Under the pieces are notes generated by a model. The model saw only the letters and a program-made list of their open reading frames with translations. It ran no database searches and had not been told where the DNA came from. This document shows positions 27,000 to 40,030 of a DNA stretch of 64,000 nt, piece after piece; the stretch's first letter is position 1; each line of letters opens with the position of its first letter. Both the position numbers and the translations under genes were made by a program. The stretch covers positions 20,435,101-20,499,100 of the forward strand of contig NC_134025.1 in the NCBI RefSeq assembly GCF_964204645.1, written 5' to 3'. The stretch is from Tubulanus polymorphus. Its lineage: Eukaryota; Animalia; Nemertea.

Positions 27000-27239
27000 G
27001 TAGCATTCCTAGAGTGTGACAGTTCCCTAAAACTCCGCAATCGTCGACGTATCCTCGTAAATTAGCACATCGGGTTCCAATTACCGCCGAACCATGCTCA
27101 AATCCGGGCCAAAACAAACTTTTTCGACCGGCAATGCGCACCACGTTGTTGTCAAACTAGCCACCACTCGACATTGAACAACGATGAGTGAAGCGCGGCA
27201 CACATGAGTCGCGCGCGGTTTTCACTACTACTACTTTAC

Positions 27240-27295
27240 TACAACACTGATCTGAATTGTGTGTGTATGGCACCGCCCGCCACCGCCGTAAAACC
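27240..27295 (-). promoter_or_regulatory. Candidate Jagged core promoter (Inr-like TCAGT with upstream GC boxes)
   Basis: Minus-strand TCAGT at 27246-27250 and GGCGGTGGCGGGCGGTG at about 27271-27287, in a CpG-rich patch ~250 nt upstream of the ATG. Motif-level inference only. Confidence 0.35.
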
Positions 27296-30200
27296 CATGT
27301 GCTAGACTTACGTATATCGATTTTCTATACAAAATCCTTTTCATAGATGGGTAAGAGCGAAACTTTTAAGAAATATAGTAGATCCCACTTTAATTCGGAT
27401 CGTATTAAAACGATGTAATTTAATAATGTTTGAGAAATCTGGAATGAGTACCGAGAAGGTCTACTAAGGTAAAATATGTTTTAGATAAAATCTTTGTCTA
27501 CAGATGAAAGCATTGATTCTGCCACTGTTAAGTCTAGGAGAAAGATACGTACTTGGTCGGAACTTCACCTGAAATGTCATTTTTGGCCTGGAAATGAAAG
27601 CTTCTTTCATCCCATTTTGGGCCTTCACACGTTCCTTGCGCTCAGCACGAAAGAAAATAATAAGCATAAACACAAACGACGAGGTGATCTTCGGGTAGTA
27701 GGCCTAGATTTCAGAAAACATACGAAAAACGGTTGTTTCTATCTGCTAAATAAGCCAACCCTTTCAAATAGCCTTATACTGAGTGAGCAAATATTGAATT
27801 CCGCCTTCCGGCAAAATAGATTTTGTTAGAAATTCTTGCGAATTTTTACCAGCTGTTGTTTTCCCTACGATTAAGCCCAAATTTAGAACCCGTGAGTGCG
27901 ATGGATAATTTTGTTTTGACTTGGGCTTGGACACTTTCTGATAGGTCTGACATTGAATGCGATGAGAGCGATGGCTCCTTTTGGCCCCGGTTCTTTTGTG
28001 CTATTTTTTCATAAAATTGGGAAAAATATTCGTCGAACTAGTAGACTCCATTGCAGAGGAGTCGGTGAGATGGCAGATCTACGTAATTAAATTAGATCAT
28101 TAGATTAGATCTCTAAAAAATAATTTCGACAATTTATGCCCGCTGACGTAACGTCGGCATAACGCCGCGAGATCTCAGGGGGCAATTATAGACCGGTTAA
28201 CGCCCGTGTCTGCGGATATGGTGTAAAAGATCAGGAAATAACAACTAGTAACCGGTAGCGTCAACGACGGCTACACTTCCTTAAAAGGCAGATCAGTAGC
28301 GACACACGTGTCCAGATGACAGCGTTAAGAGTTTGCAGTTCAACAACAGCACGTGCGCTGTTTAATGGAAGTAATTGTCGTGACGCTAGGCGACGACGCC
28401 CAATCGGCCTGGCCACGTGTCCGAACGAACGTCAATTTATAGTCCAATCTCGAGTCGGCGAAAAAAAACCGAAATAAAACCTTCAACGCTGATGCAAAAG
28501 AACACTTCAGCATACTTGCAGCTGACTATTTTCTAATAAGACTAAGCATCTGGAAATCGGCTGCGGAATTTCGACGACTTTCTAAGATCGCTTGGGTTAA
28601 TTCAAGTCATCATACGACTCTGATTTAAAGCAGCAGCGGCAGTGGGGGATTTATTTCGTTTCGGCACTGATTTGACAGCTGCGCATAATCTAAGTAATTA
28701 AAAATACACAATTTGACACATTGTAACGTCGAAAGCTGATTATTTTTCGCCACCACGCAATCCTCTAGCGAACACCAATCATCGTTTCTCAACAACGATA
28801 TTCAACCAGAATCTAAACGTGTAGAAAGTTGCATGAAATTCCTGCTCAAGAATCTCGGTGTTTTTACCTCAATGCGGAGAGTACGATCTCTTTGTTATAA
28901 CGTTCTCGGCGTTTTGTCCGATCGAGTTAACTTCAACCCGCCGGAATGCCGGCACATTTGCTTCTCATCACTACTATCGCGTTTGAAGATAAAAGGACCT
29001 AGACTTTTCGATAGCATACTATCTTCGACGGTTGTCCAGCTTCTGGTAAGGAACACATGGTGCCGATGTGGCCATGTGCAATACCAATAAGTCACGCGAT
29101 TGAGACATTTTCTCGTTTTTAACAACTCGAATTAAGTTGTGTATAATTCATTGGCACCATCGTGTGATTTCTGATTCCTGATTGCGATTGCGTTCAAAGT
29201 AATTAGATTCGGGATCTGTTACCCAATTACAGATCAACATTTATTTGACTGAGGGTTCAGCAATTGCCGATACATGATTTTTGACTCCCAGATAGCATAT
29301 AAATGTTACTATTGTCATTCGGGGGCGGATTTACAGTGGATGGTCTCAGGGGTTCGGACCCATACCTTCCCATTGAGATGGCCCTTTTCGTCAACACCGT
29401 TCTGTAAATTTGACACTCATCCTCTCAGAAATTGCAACTTTTGTTCGGATGTATATCTTCAAAAATATCTTAAACCGAGGGCGGAACCTTCAATAGAAAG
29501 AAGCCTTTCGCTTGACTGTCCCGAGACGTACGTATTTCTTTAATTCTGTACCGCGGCCTTCCATTTTTCCTTGATCCACCCCTGTCATACGGTTATATTC
29601 AGACGGCCCAAGAAAAGAAAGTAGTTTATTTTTGAGTCAGAAAGATGGTCAAATGACGAACACCCTAACAGAATACAGTCAGGATAAAAAAAAATGAAAA
29701 TTATCCTCGCTTGCCAGGGTCTATTCGGTTGCCTCCCGCGGAAACTTACGCCAATTGAAAGTGGTCGTTGAAGCGGAGATAACATTTTAAAGATGCAGCT
29801 GTTGGGATGAGACGCAGGACGCACTTGACCGGTGCCGTTCTCCTCGGATGCACTTTCATACTGAAAATCACGACGTAGGCCCTGCGACAAGATTTAATAA
29901 GATTATATATGCAGTAAAGTCCGAAAGATTAATTGCCCACTGATCTAATACTTAGCAATAGAGATAATCGACATCGATAAGAACTGGATGATAATACTCG
30001 ACAGATGTACCCATACAAGTACATTTCTGGTCAATTTCGTTCATTATCTTAAAATCTGATTTGAGATATTATCAATATGCGTGTTATCAAATACGCATAT
30101 CTTTTGTATCCTCAACGAAGGCGAACAGATGTTGAGCCTATACCTGGGCAGATGTGTTCAAGATAACATAGGCTCTGACTAGTAAAACAAAAGAAATAAC

Positions 30201-31070
30201 ATATCTAGTACCATTTGCAAAAAAGGTTGCGTCGAACGGCAGCGTGTGTAGTTTACAAACCACGTCAAATTGAACTAGACCCCCACTCAAACTAAACTTA
30301 GGCCTTTTTTAAAGTATCTTGGAGCTACGGGCAATGATAGCTCGTAGCTTGGAGTATGGATACCTTCTTCTCAATTGCGTCAAAAACACATCCTATGAAA
30401 AAAATGTGTCCTCTGTCGTGTTTTCATATTTCTTCTTCATAAAATTTCTTAGTGTTCGATCTCGCAAGTTAGTTTCCTTCTTTTCTACTCCTATCATTTA
30501 AGTTCATATCGATAGAATTTCCATTCTTTTTTCAAAGTTTTTCCCCCGTTCAGTTCCTTCTTAGATTCTATGTGGAAAATACTCGATAAGAACTTTTTTC
30601 CCCTCTATTCTAAAAACGTCTGTGATTATAAAACGGTCTTAAACATTTTTCACCCTTCGTCTTTTCTTCGTAATAGGAAACGCGTAATGGATATTGTAGG
30701 CCCAAAGGATATTTCATCGAAGTATGAATAATTTGTTTTCATTGACAGTCAGGGTCATTGGGTACATTTTTTTTACATTACTTCGCGTATATACATGTTC
30801 GAAAAAGTTTCGATCCACCAGCGCCCAGCAGAAAGATGAATAAAAATCTCAATCACTATTTCTTTCAATAGAAATCATAGTTAAACTTTTATTTCATCAT
30901 CATCATCATATCCGATTACATAGAAAAATTTTGCGCAACAATATTATGAAATACAACGTCATAACTGAATTAAAACCATTAACATATGTTACGATATGGA
31001 TTACAGTCAAACTCGGTTAAAATCGTTTTCGGATAAGTCGTCACATTAAAGCGCCCCGATTTGTTCATAA

Positions 31071-31231
31071 ACGAGAGAAATCCCACAATAATTCAGCCAA
31101 AGTTGTCATGTTTTTGAGTAGAATGGTAGATATATCGAGCAACGTTTCGGCTAAAGACTATTAGCCATCATCAAGCGTGCTGTGTACAGAATAAATTTAC
31201 ATCTTTGGCTGAATTATAGGGGGATTTCTCG
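31071..31231 (-). mobile_element. Second Penelope-like element with hammerhead-like motif
   Basis: Same ACGAGAGAAATCCCACAATAA terminus, ~28-bp inverted ends, motif at 31139-31176. Confidence 0.62.
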
Positions 31232-32214
31232 CATCGTCTCAACTTATTTCCAATTTTCAATTTACCAAATCGTTGTCTAGATTTGGATAAGTCGACAACA
31301 TAATGATCATCCAAACTATAACAAATTTAAGCGCGTTTGACTGTCTGTTAACAAATTCTGACTTTCTTGCAACGAGTAATAATTGAGTCTAGAATTATCA
31401 ACAAAATCCTAAAATATCGTAATAACTTATGATCAATCTTATAATATACACTTCTAAAGAATTGCACAGCAGTGACTTAAGTCCATAAGTGGTTTAAAAT
31501 CTTAAAAGTCGTCTTAAATTCTTAGCTTAGCTATAGAATCAAGAATGTGGTCTTAAATCTAAGCCATCTGTGTGCAACTGGCCCTAGACACATCAAGGCT
31601 AAGATTTATGAACAATCGTAGCTAGTGCAATAGATGAGAGTAGATTTTAGACTATATCTCAGACTCACACATTCATTGCCCATTTTTCAGTAAGAAGATT
31701 ACCATAGTACCAAATAAAGTTTCATTTACAATAATAAACACCTCGACAGTTGTGTCCTCACAATAATGAAGACAGAATTGGGTGGTTTTCCCCGAAGTGT
31801 TGGAGAATGTTAGGAAATTAGAGATAGAACTAATTTTTCATTTTCACTGAAGGCGTTTAGATTTATAGCATGTGATAGTCATTTACACGCCACTAGTACG
31901 GTTGTCTCCGTTTATGCTTCACACAGACGCCATCTATCTTTTGTCAGTGTGAAAACGCGATGCTCAATGCAACGCAACAAGACCCCAGCCTAATAAAATG
32001 TCAACGCCAATTGGGGACAGGCTCCGAAGAAAGATAATCTGGTCAAATTGCCGGGTACCTGAGAAAATATGGGGTACTGAAATCTCTCATAAAGTTGATA
32101 ATAGTTGATACATTTAGTAATAGCAACTAGCAATAGTTAATCATTTTTTGCCTCTCTATCAACCTAGTCAGTCATCAAGGTCAGGTAACAAGTTTATCCT
32201 GTCCCGATGTGTCA

Positions 32215-32360
32215 TCAAAAACATTGGTTAATGGAAACGGAGCTTTTGCAGCATGTGCTGCCCCTGTTTTATGGAATGGATTACCCTTATATTTCCATAC
32301 TATCAATGATATTAATACTTTTAAAGTTGGTCTTAAAATGTATCTATTTACGCAATATCA
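32215..32360 (+). mobile_element. L2/CR1 LINE 3' end fragment
   Basis: Frame AFAACAAPVLWNGLPLYFHTINDINTFKVGLKMYLF matches the typical LWNxLP...FKxxLKTxLF ORF2 C-terminus. Confidence 0.72.
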
Positions 32361-33300
32361 TTAAAACTAATGCTTTAAATCCTTTTGTATTTAGTGCTTT
32401 AAATTACTTCAAGTATTATCATTGAAACCCATTTGAAATGTATGTGTAAAAACAAAAAAATATCATTTATAATTATCATAAATTACACGCTATTTCAGAA
32501 GTTATGGGAATGTTGTTCGAACCTTAATTCAAAAATACTTAAGTTAAATTGCAAAAAAGATAAGTTACGATGTAATCAATTATTCTATTAGATTCACACC
32601 CTTTGGAACCATCCAATAAGAACGTACTCGTAAAAATTGCCTCGATTCATCGATTCGGCCTACCCATACACATGAGCACTGTTGGCGCTGCATTATTATT
32701 CAGGATCCAGTTCCATAGTTTCCAGGTAAATTTGACTATAGAGTTAAGATATTGAAAATGAATCGATTTTAACTCGGGAGTCAACTCTAACTCACGACTT
32801 AGGAACTGGATCTAGATTTTTAAGGTTCAGAACAAGCAATTAACATTAAGTGAAATCAATTTTTGAATGAAGAGGTATCTCATTTTTCATTTCTTACCGG
32901 CTGGTAGATTGAATGATGAATTTTACTAAGTTTTTTTTTTCACAGGCTCTAAAATGAAGAATCTATTTACGTTTTGAGGTAAAGTAAGGAACGAGAAATG
33001 ATTGAACGATACCCGTCAGATAACTTGCTCCTACCCTTGGTACGGACATATCCTACATATCACTTTTAACTCCAACCATCCCTCTGTATACGTAGTTTAT
33101 GGAAGGCACATCTTCTAAAATTCTCTTGATTCAAATTTCTTATCTAAAGAAAAGAAAATCTGCATCGATTTCTTCAAAGATGCAGCTGTACTGATCTGTG
33201 GACAGTCAAGTTAATCGCACATGATAAAGTGTAAGATGGTTCAACTTTTAGAACAAAGAGTCAGTGTGTTAAGAACACATCGAATCAATCAAAAGCAACA

Positions 33301-33306
33301 TTTATT
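33301..33306 (-). other. Candidate poly(A) signal of the PLD3-like gene
   Basis: AATAAA on the minus strand ~1.3 kb after the stop codon; another lies near 34348. The hexamer is common in AT-rich DNA. Confidence 0.3.
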
Positions 33307-34583
33307 GTACAAAAAATTCATCTATGGACTGAATGTAAGTTATCAACAGTATTCTCATCTTACTGAATAAATTAGCATTTTCATTCACATGAAATTTGTG
33401 ATTTAGTGGATCATCTGGACCCAGTTTCATGAAAAATTTACACTCAATGTTACTTAATTTTTTTCAATGAGGATACAATTCAAACTTAACCGTAGTAAGC
33501 TTAAACTGTTTAATTGACCGGACAAAGGGTTGCTTCAGGATGCCATAATGTCATGGATCATTATGGATATATCTCAGTTGGTTATTTTGATCATCGATAC
33601 ACTGCTGGGCCTAGTTTCAAAGACCAGTTCTATACTAGCTGGTCAAAACTACTTTTGAAAGCGAAATAATTGAAAATTAACTTATTCTTACTCTAATATG
33701 GTCAAATAAAACTCACAACAGTGAAATTGGTTCAAGGCATTAATGACATCTAACTTTAAAATACATACATTGTTTTTTAAACACTAGAGCAAAACAGATC
33801 CATCATAAAAAAAGTCCCTCAAAAACAAGTCCGATCTTTCTGATCAATTGAACTGAATTTCTGAAAGTTAAGCTATGGAGCTGTAATGAGGCAAATCTTT
33901 CTTTTGAAGGAGATGTACTTAGATTTGCGGATACTTTATAGGAAATCTATAACTGCATAGGTGACAAGACTGTATAGCTAACAGCCCTGGATCCACCAAT
34001 CATAATATATTAATTAGCTTTTTGTCAAATAAGGATATCTAATCCGGGTTAAAAAGTAAGTGGAATCAATATAATCATTGGTAATGACAGTAAACCAGTA
34101 GACTCTGACTGTCCCGGATCATCACGAGCCCAAGAGAAACAAATTTGAAATTGTCTTCCTCCAATTTATGTGATAATGACCTGCGCTGTCCAAGAATTAT
34201 TTCTACCTTGGAGAGAATTAATTGGTCCCGCAAGATTTGAGGCAGTGGACTCTACTTTGGATACTGAAACCAGCTAACTTGGCCTAGATAACACCCCTCA
34301 TGCGGGGAGTTAACTAAACTCAGGTTAAGATCTTGTATGGGCAATATTTATTTCAAGACAAATTGATTCAACCTGGGTTAAAATATGCTTGGCTGTTGAT
34401 CATGAACTAGTTGAATGTACTAGAATACAGTAACTAGCTGAACGAACTTTTCACGGATTGATTGTATGGTTACATATATAAATGTCGGTAATCGTCAACG
34501 TAAATGATTCAAATATCTTACAAATAGGACACTCTACTAGAATCTAGTATCACACATCTGCTTATACATTATCGAAGCCTGCT

Positions 34584-34762
34584 TCACGATAACGGTCTCG
34601 AATACTGAGAATTCCAGTCGCGCAAGAATATTCCTTTCAGCTGTTGCGGAATGGTCGGTTGAAGGCGCCAGTTGATTTGGAAACTGTTGGAATTCGTTTG
34701 GTTCACTATTAGGCCGATACCTCCAGTATTGATGAAATAGTCACCGGACCAATTGGAGGTTC
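34584..34762 (-). CDS. PLD3: PLD3-like last coding exon
   Basis: GTSNWSGDYFINTGGIGLIVNQTNS...QQLKGIFLRDWNSQYSRPLS followed by TGA. Confidence 0.96.
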
Positions 34763-35421
34763 CTAAATTGGAGCGGAAAATGAAAAACTTTTAGATTAGT
34801 CTGTTTGGATTGCTTTCATACAATACGCATCTCGATCAAACAGAAACGTCATAATGATCATGTGGCTGCATCTAGGATTCTGGGGTCAGTTGCTCAAAAG
34901 TTGGTACGAGTTAACCAGTGGATAGTTGACATAGTGACAATTAAAAATTCATGGTGACTATGATATTTATCTTTAACCAACTTTTGAGCGATTAGCCCCA
35001 AGTTAGTATTGATGACGCCATATTGGATTGAAAGTATTGACTGAGCTCTGGGTCACCCTTTCATAACTGAACTACTAGTAACAAAATTGTTAACAAATGG
35101 CAGACCCAAGTTGATAAAGTGGACTAATGGATTACCAATGCGCACAACTGGCATAATCTTCAAACTGAAGAAGCGGCCAGTACATGAAAGAAGAAGAAGA
35201 GTCAACACAAAATGAGCAAAAACACATAAGACACCTCAAGTCTTGAACACTTGACACACGGGCTACAAATGTCTTATCGACAGATGGCCAAGTGTGCTGG
35301 TATTTGGTAGACAAGAAAAGCTGTGCACATGGCATGTATCCAGACAGGTATCAGGGCCGTGATCATGATCTGATCATTAGGCAATTACTTTTCATCTTCT
35401 AAATTAAAATTTTTCACTCAC

Positions 35422-35524
35422 CTATATAAGCAGTTGAGTCTGTGACCATGTATTTATTATGGTTCACCCTTGCATAAGGAATCTTAGCCTGCTCAGGCGT
35501 AAATGCAGGCACTTTGAACAATCG
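35422..35524 (-). CDS. PLD3: PLD3-like exon with second HKD motif
   Basis: [34 protein letters not shown]. Phase 0 to 1. Confidence 0.97.
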
Positions 35525-35813
35525 CTAAAAAGTTGAATATCGATAACAATCAAGGCCAACATTCATGACAAACGTCAGTTATATATCATATAGTATTCTG
35601 TAATTTTAAGCGCATGTATGACTACCCCGTCCCTCATAGCTTGACTCACAATCGAGATATGGTGCATTCAAACACCGGAAAAATCATATCATTCAGGATA
35701 TACAGTATGTAATGTTCCCAACTAACTCATTTTCCAACAGAAAGTAGACATGGGATGTTCGGAGTTTCTACGGGATTAGGAAAAGATATTGAAGCATGTT
35801 CATATGTACTTAC

Positions 35814-35976
35814 AATAGATATTCTGGCACCAAATGCACCATTCAAATCCTGCAATGACTTCAAATACTGTATCATGATGGGGTTTGTATGGTTCCATAA
35901 ACTGATTAACAGACGCACTTCGACTTTGTTGTCTAAACTTGCTGTCCGCAAAGCATCATCTATTACTGACCAGTAC
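35814..35976 (-). CDS. PLD3: PLD3-like exon
   Basis: YWSVIDDALRTASLDNKVEVRLLISLWNHTNPIMIQYLKSLQDLNGAFGARISI. Phase 2 to 0. Confidence 0.96.
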
Positions 35977-36331
35977 CTAAATAGAAATATCAAAAACATT
36001 ATTACTGGAATAAATACTTGTACGACTAGGCAATACATTTTCAATATAACCACCCTCAAATAAAACATTGTCCTAGGAGAAGTTTCCCCCAGCTATACGT
36101 TCCTGAAGTTATTCACTCCTGATATCAGTCCCGGAAGTCATTTTTTACCCCAGATATTAATCTCACAAGTATTTCCCCATCATATGAGTCCAAAAGTTTT
36201 CTCCAAACATTATTCCTAGAATATGGTGTTACATGGGTTTCTCAATTTTTATGTTACCTCTTAACCCCTGAAGCTAGTTTCCATAATCAATTGACGATTC
36301 TACCCCGGGATTAAAGTTAAAGCTGATCTCA

Positions 36332-36647
36332 AGCCGCGATCGCATGGAGACGATTTGGCCCGTGGCAAAATTGACACGGATCATGCCCAAGTAATATTTG
36401 GCCCGTGCCTAACCATTTCACATGTAAGGCACTCCCTCGGAACTAAACATTCCTTAAACAAAGGGAAGTGAAACAAGTTGCAATTCACCCATTTATTTGA
36501 CCCATGCCAAAATTTGGTTCAGGCCTAGTTCAACGTTTTTGGTCGACCAAATTTGGCCAAACAGGCACGGGCCCATTTGGCATCTGTGTGAACAGTTGTT
36601 TTGGACCTAATTTGGCACGAGTCAAAAAAGCTTGTGTGATCATGACT
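36332..36647. mobile_element. MITE family A copy in a PLD3 intron
   Basis: AGCCGCGATCGCA...GTGTGATCATGACT ends. Confidence 0.8.
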
Positions 36648-36832
36648 TATAATACCATCACTTGAACCAGTTCCACAGTACATCTAAACTGTGGAACTAG
36701 AGTACCAGTAACTAATAGTCAAAGTTAAAATAGTCTTCACTGTTTCAACAAAAATATTGAGATCGACTTAAGTTGGTGAATAGGCCACTTTTTGTCCTGG
36801 AGGGAAATGTTGTGTTAGCTCGAAGTATTTAC

Positions 36833-36972
36833 TTTTTAGGGCTGGTGTAGATGATGGTTGGAAAGTATTCCATGACCGCGATGTATACAAATTTCTTAGC
36901 AGATCGTATTACTTGCAGAATACTCGCAATATCACTAGTACGTCCTGAGGGACAGAACTCTGGTGGTGAACT
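36833..36972 (-). CDS. PLD3: PLD3-like exon
   Basis: SSPPEFCPSGRTSDIASILQVIRSAKKFVYIAVMEYFPTIIYTSPK. Phase 0 to 2. Confidence 0.96.
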
Positions 36973-37167
36973 CTGCAATTGAAAATAAAACAGCTCAATA
37001 TAGAAGTCTTGGAACAAGTTTTACATGTGTCAGTTTCATTTGACTCTCCAGAGATCAAGATCAGTCCATTTTCAAGTATATAACACCTTCTCTGCCATCG
37101 TCATATGGTTCTACCAGCTGCTTCTACGATTCATCTTGCACTTGGCAAAAGAGCCAGCATGAACATA

Positions 37168-37464
37168 AGCCGCGATCACACGGAGAAGATTTGGCGCGGG
37201 CCAAATTGGCACCGATCAGGCTCGGGCCAAATTTGGCCCGTGCCTAATTAGAGAGCGCGTTCACACGCAAACCATTCACTCGATACTCAACAATGCTCAA
37301 ACAAAGCGAAGTGGATCATTTCCGGTGCCAGTTGCAATTCAATTGCAATCATTTGTCTGGTGCTAAAATTAGGCTCGGGCCTGGTCCGACGTTTTTGGTC
37401 GGGCCAAATCTGGCCCGGGCCATCAGGCTCAGGCACGGGCCAAAATGCTCGTGTGATCGCAGCT
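37168..37464. mobile_element. MITE family A, well-preserved copy
   Basis: Both TIRs and an ATA target duplication. Confidence 0.88.
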
Positions 37465-37602
37465 ATAGTCAGCCAATATTGAGAATGAAGCAGAGTTTGG
37501 CCAGCCACTAGGAACTGTCCTTATACTGACATTTTGTCTACTGACTTATACTAATATCATTGACCAAGGCAATTAGAGTTTTTCAGAAACACCAATCCTT
37601 AC

Positions 37603-37803
37603 CGATAGGTATGTCTTGGCAGAGGTTCCATTAAACTGAATGTTCAGTGGATTAGTGGAATTAATGACAGTTTTCAAAGTTTTAGGCCAAGTTTTCGGGA
37701 TGGTTACATTGGGCTGACCCATGTACCAATACACGTCGAATATCTTGCCCATGTCCTCAGCGTAACAGCTACAATTGTACACAACTGCTCCGAGTTCTTT
37801 TAC
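37603..37803 (-). CDS. PLD3: PLD3-like exon
   Basis: VKELGAVVYNCSCYAEDMGKIFDVYWYMG...TYLS. Phase 0 to 0. Confidence 0.96.
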
Positions 37804-37851
37804 CTGAAAGTGGAGTATGGTAAAGCCTGTTTAATCAAGAGTCGCTATTAA

Positions 37852-38086
37852 CCCTTTTGCTGTGCATGACGTTTTGAAAATGTCATATGAGTGACATCTG
37901 CTGTGCGTATGCCATTTTGGAAACGTCATCCACCGATTGATTTTGAGCTTAAACCCCAACACAGCAAACAGTAAAGAAACGCACGTGAGACAATTTATAA
38001 TGAAATGAAAATTAACAAATGCTGAATCTTTTTGGGAAAAAATGCAGTATGCACTGGGCAGTGCAAGCGCATACATGGTGAATGGG
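37852..38086. mobile_element. piggyBac-like MITE, second family
   Basis: TTAA|CCCTTTT...AATGGG|TTAA; body unrelated to the first family. Confidence 0.6.
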
Positions 38087-38591
38087 TTAAGCACACTTTG
38101 GTAGTTTTGCCTACACATTAGCAGTACCAAAGCTAAAACCAATTTATGATATCTAATTAAGGCATTATGATGTGTGATCTTATTTTTTTTCATCAGTATC
38201 ACACTACATTTAAGTTCTGGGTTTGGTTGCTCAAAAGTTGGTTAAAGATAATCGTTGTATAAATACTGTGGTTACAATGGTCAACTACGCTATCTTCTGA
38301 TAAACCATGATGTATGTCCGTCCACGCTTAAACCAACTTCAGAACAACTGGCCCATGGACTGTAAATCATGTCCAGATTACCATGCATGCATTAAAGTAT
38401 AAACTGGTGTTTTCTTGGTACAAGAAGGGAAAATACACATTTTCACCAAAAAATTAGAAATAAGAAGGGATAACACTTAATGACAGGGGAAAGTTGGAAA
38501 AGTAGGGCTAAAACCTACCTTTTAAATAAAACCTGTTCGGCTAAAAAAAGAATGGCCCAACTGAACACTGTCAGATGATGGATGTGCTCAC

Positions 38592-38725
38592 CTGGGTTAA
38601 TGACCTCCAGTCAGAGTTGGCGCTGCCGACATAAAAATGTTTTCTATCTATAAGCCACATTTTGGTGTGAAGAATACCGGATCCCAGGAATCTTTCAAAA
38701 TCAAGATTTCTGACCTCAGCAGCAC
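38592..38725 (-). CDS. PLD3: PLD3-like exon with first HKD motif
   Basis: [44 protein letters not shown] (HxKxxxxD...GSAN). Phase 1 to 0. Confidence 0.97.
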
Positions 38726-39457
38726 CTGATGTTGAAAAAAGTACGAAAAACCGAATGAGCAGATGAACTCATTAAGTAGTGTTTTTTTTTTTCATAATGC
38801 GCATGAACTCGATGCACAAAAACAATCACAGCATAGCCCAGTAGTAATGATTGAACTTAGTTAAGTACATGTTAGCAGTCAACTGCCATTGGCTAAATAC
38901 CAGTAAATATCAAGGTGAAAAATTTCATGAGTCCAGATCTTGTAAGCGAGTTTTTTGGTTACTTCTTTATACAACTGTACATATTTTCAGTAAGCACCAT
39001 TATAAGGGTTTTTTTAGGACAACAAGAGATATGGTCATCCGACCATATGAATACCCGGGGAAATAGAAACTACAGAAAAAGGATGAGAGTTTTCCACTCT
39101 TCCATAGTATTTGCTATCATGACACGTTCTGATTCGTTGTTTATAACAAGGGAAATCAAAACAATATTGCAACAACAATGTGTGTACGAAACACATTATG
39201 ACATGTCCATATTGATTCCCGCGAGGAGGATATCGCTCCATTATCAACAGAATATCCATGCCACAGGAAAACCGATTGGTACAGGTCATATAGATTCATC
39301 ATATACGTGTGTTCACAGATCTTTTGATAATTCCTGCTATCGGGGTATATCGAACAATGTCCATAACTACAGCGTACTGATGATAATCTGCACAATGCAT
39401 AGGTTGAAATTTCGAATCTCGAGAACTTTATTCGATGTTGCCTAACTTGAAAAGTAC

Positions 39458-39581
39458 CTGTTTTGTTTAAAATTGCTGTATCGTAGTCCCTCTGAGTGTA
39501 GGTTGGTTGATTTTGTGCAATCTTAACTTTTAAGTTTCGTCGAGTACCAGCTTTGAGTAATGCTTGAAAAACATCTTCCCC
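39458..39581 (-). CDS. PLD3: PLD3-like exon
   Basis: GEDVFQALLKAGTRRNLKVKIAQNQPTYTQRDYDTAILNKT. AG/GT sites, phase 0 to 1. Confidence 0.93.
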
Positions 39582-39609
39582 CTGAATGAAAATAAAACAT
39601 TCTGCTTAA

Positions 39610-40030
39610 CCCTTTCAGTTCTGACTAATCAATAACCTATAGTGCTGGAGATTATCGAAAAATTTTGGAAGATTCAACCCTAGTGTGTTGAATAACTGGA
39701 ATACCACTATAGTGCGTCTACACTGCGGTACAGAGTACTGTTAGTTACTAATACTTCACTGTTTGACAGGTGCTGCCATCTTTCAATAGCGATAAAAACT
39801 AATTACTATTACATCAATACAACGCAATGCGGTGTACTAGCAAAATTCATCACCGATTTATGAACAGCACTGTGGTGTAGACGCACTGAAAGGGTCAACC
39901 CATTCAGTGCTGATTGATTAATACCTGGAAGTGCTGGAGATAATTTGAAAAAATTTGAAAATACCGCTATAGTGCGTCAGTTAGTAATATTTCACTACAT
40001 TTTACAGGTGCTGCCCAAGGCTTTAGATAT
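39610..40030. mobile_element. piggyBac-like MITE (39610-39894) plus an abutting truncated second copy
   Basis: Same family as 18033, opposite orientation. The second copy starts at about 39899 after TCAA. Confidence 0.82.

Noticed and set aside
38915-39445. 176-aa plus-strand ORF inside a PLD3 intron
   Set aside because: Non-ATG start, no recognisable domain and low-information composition.
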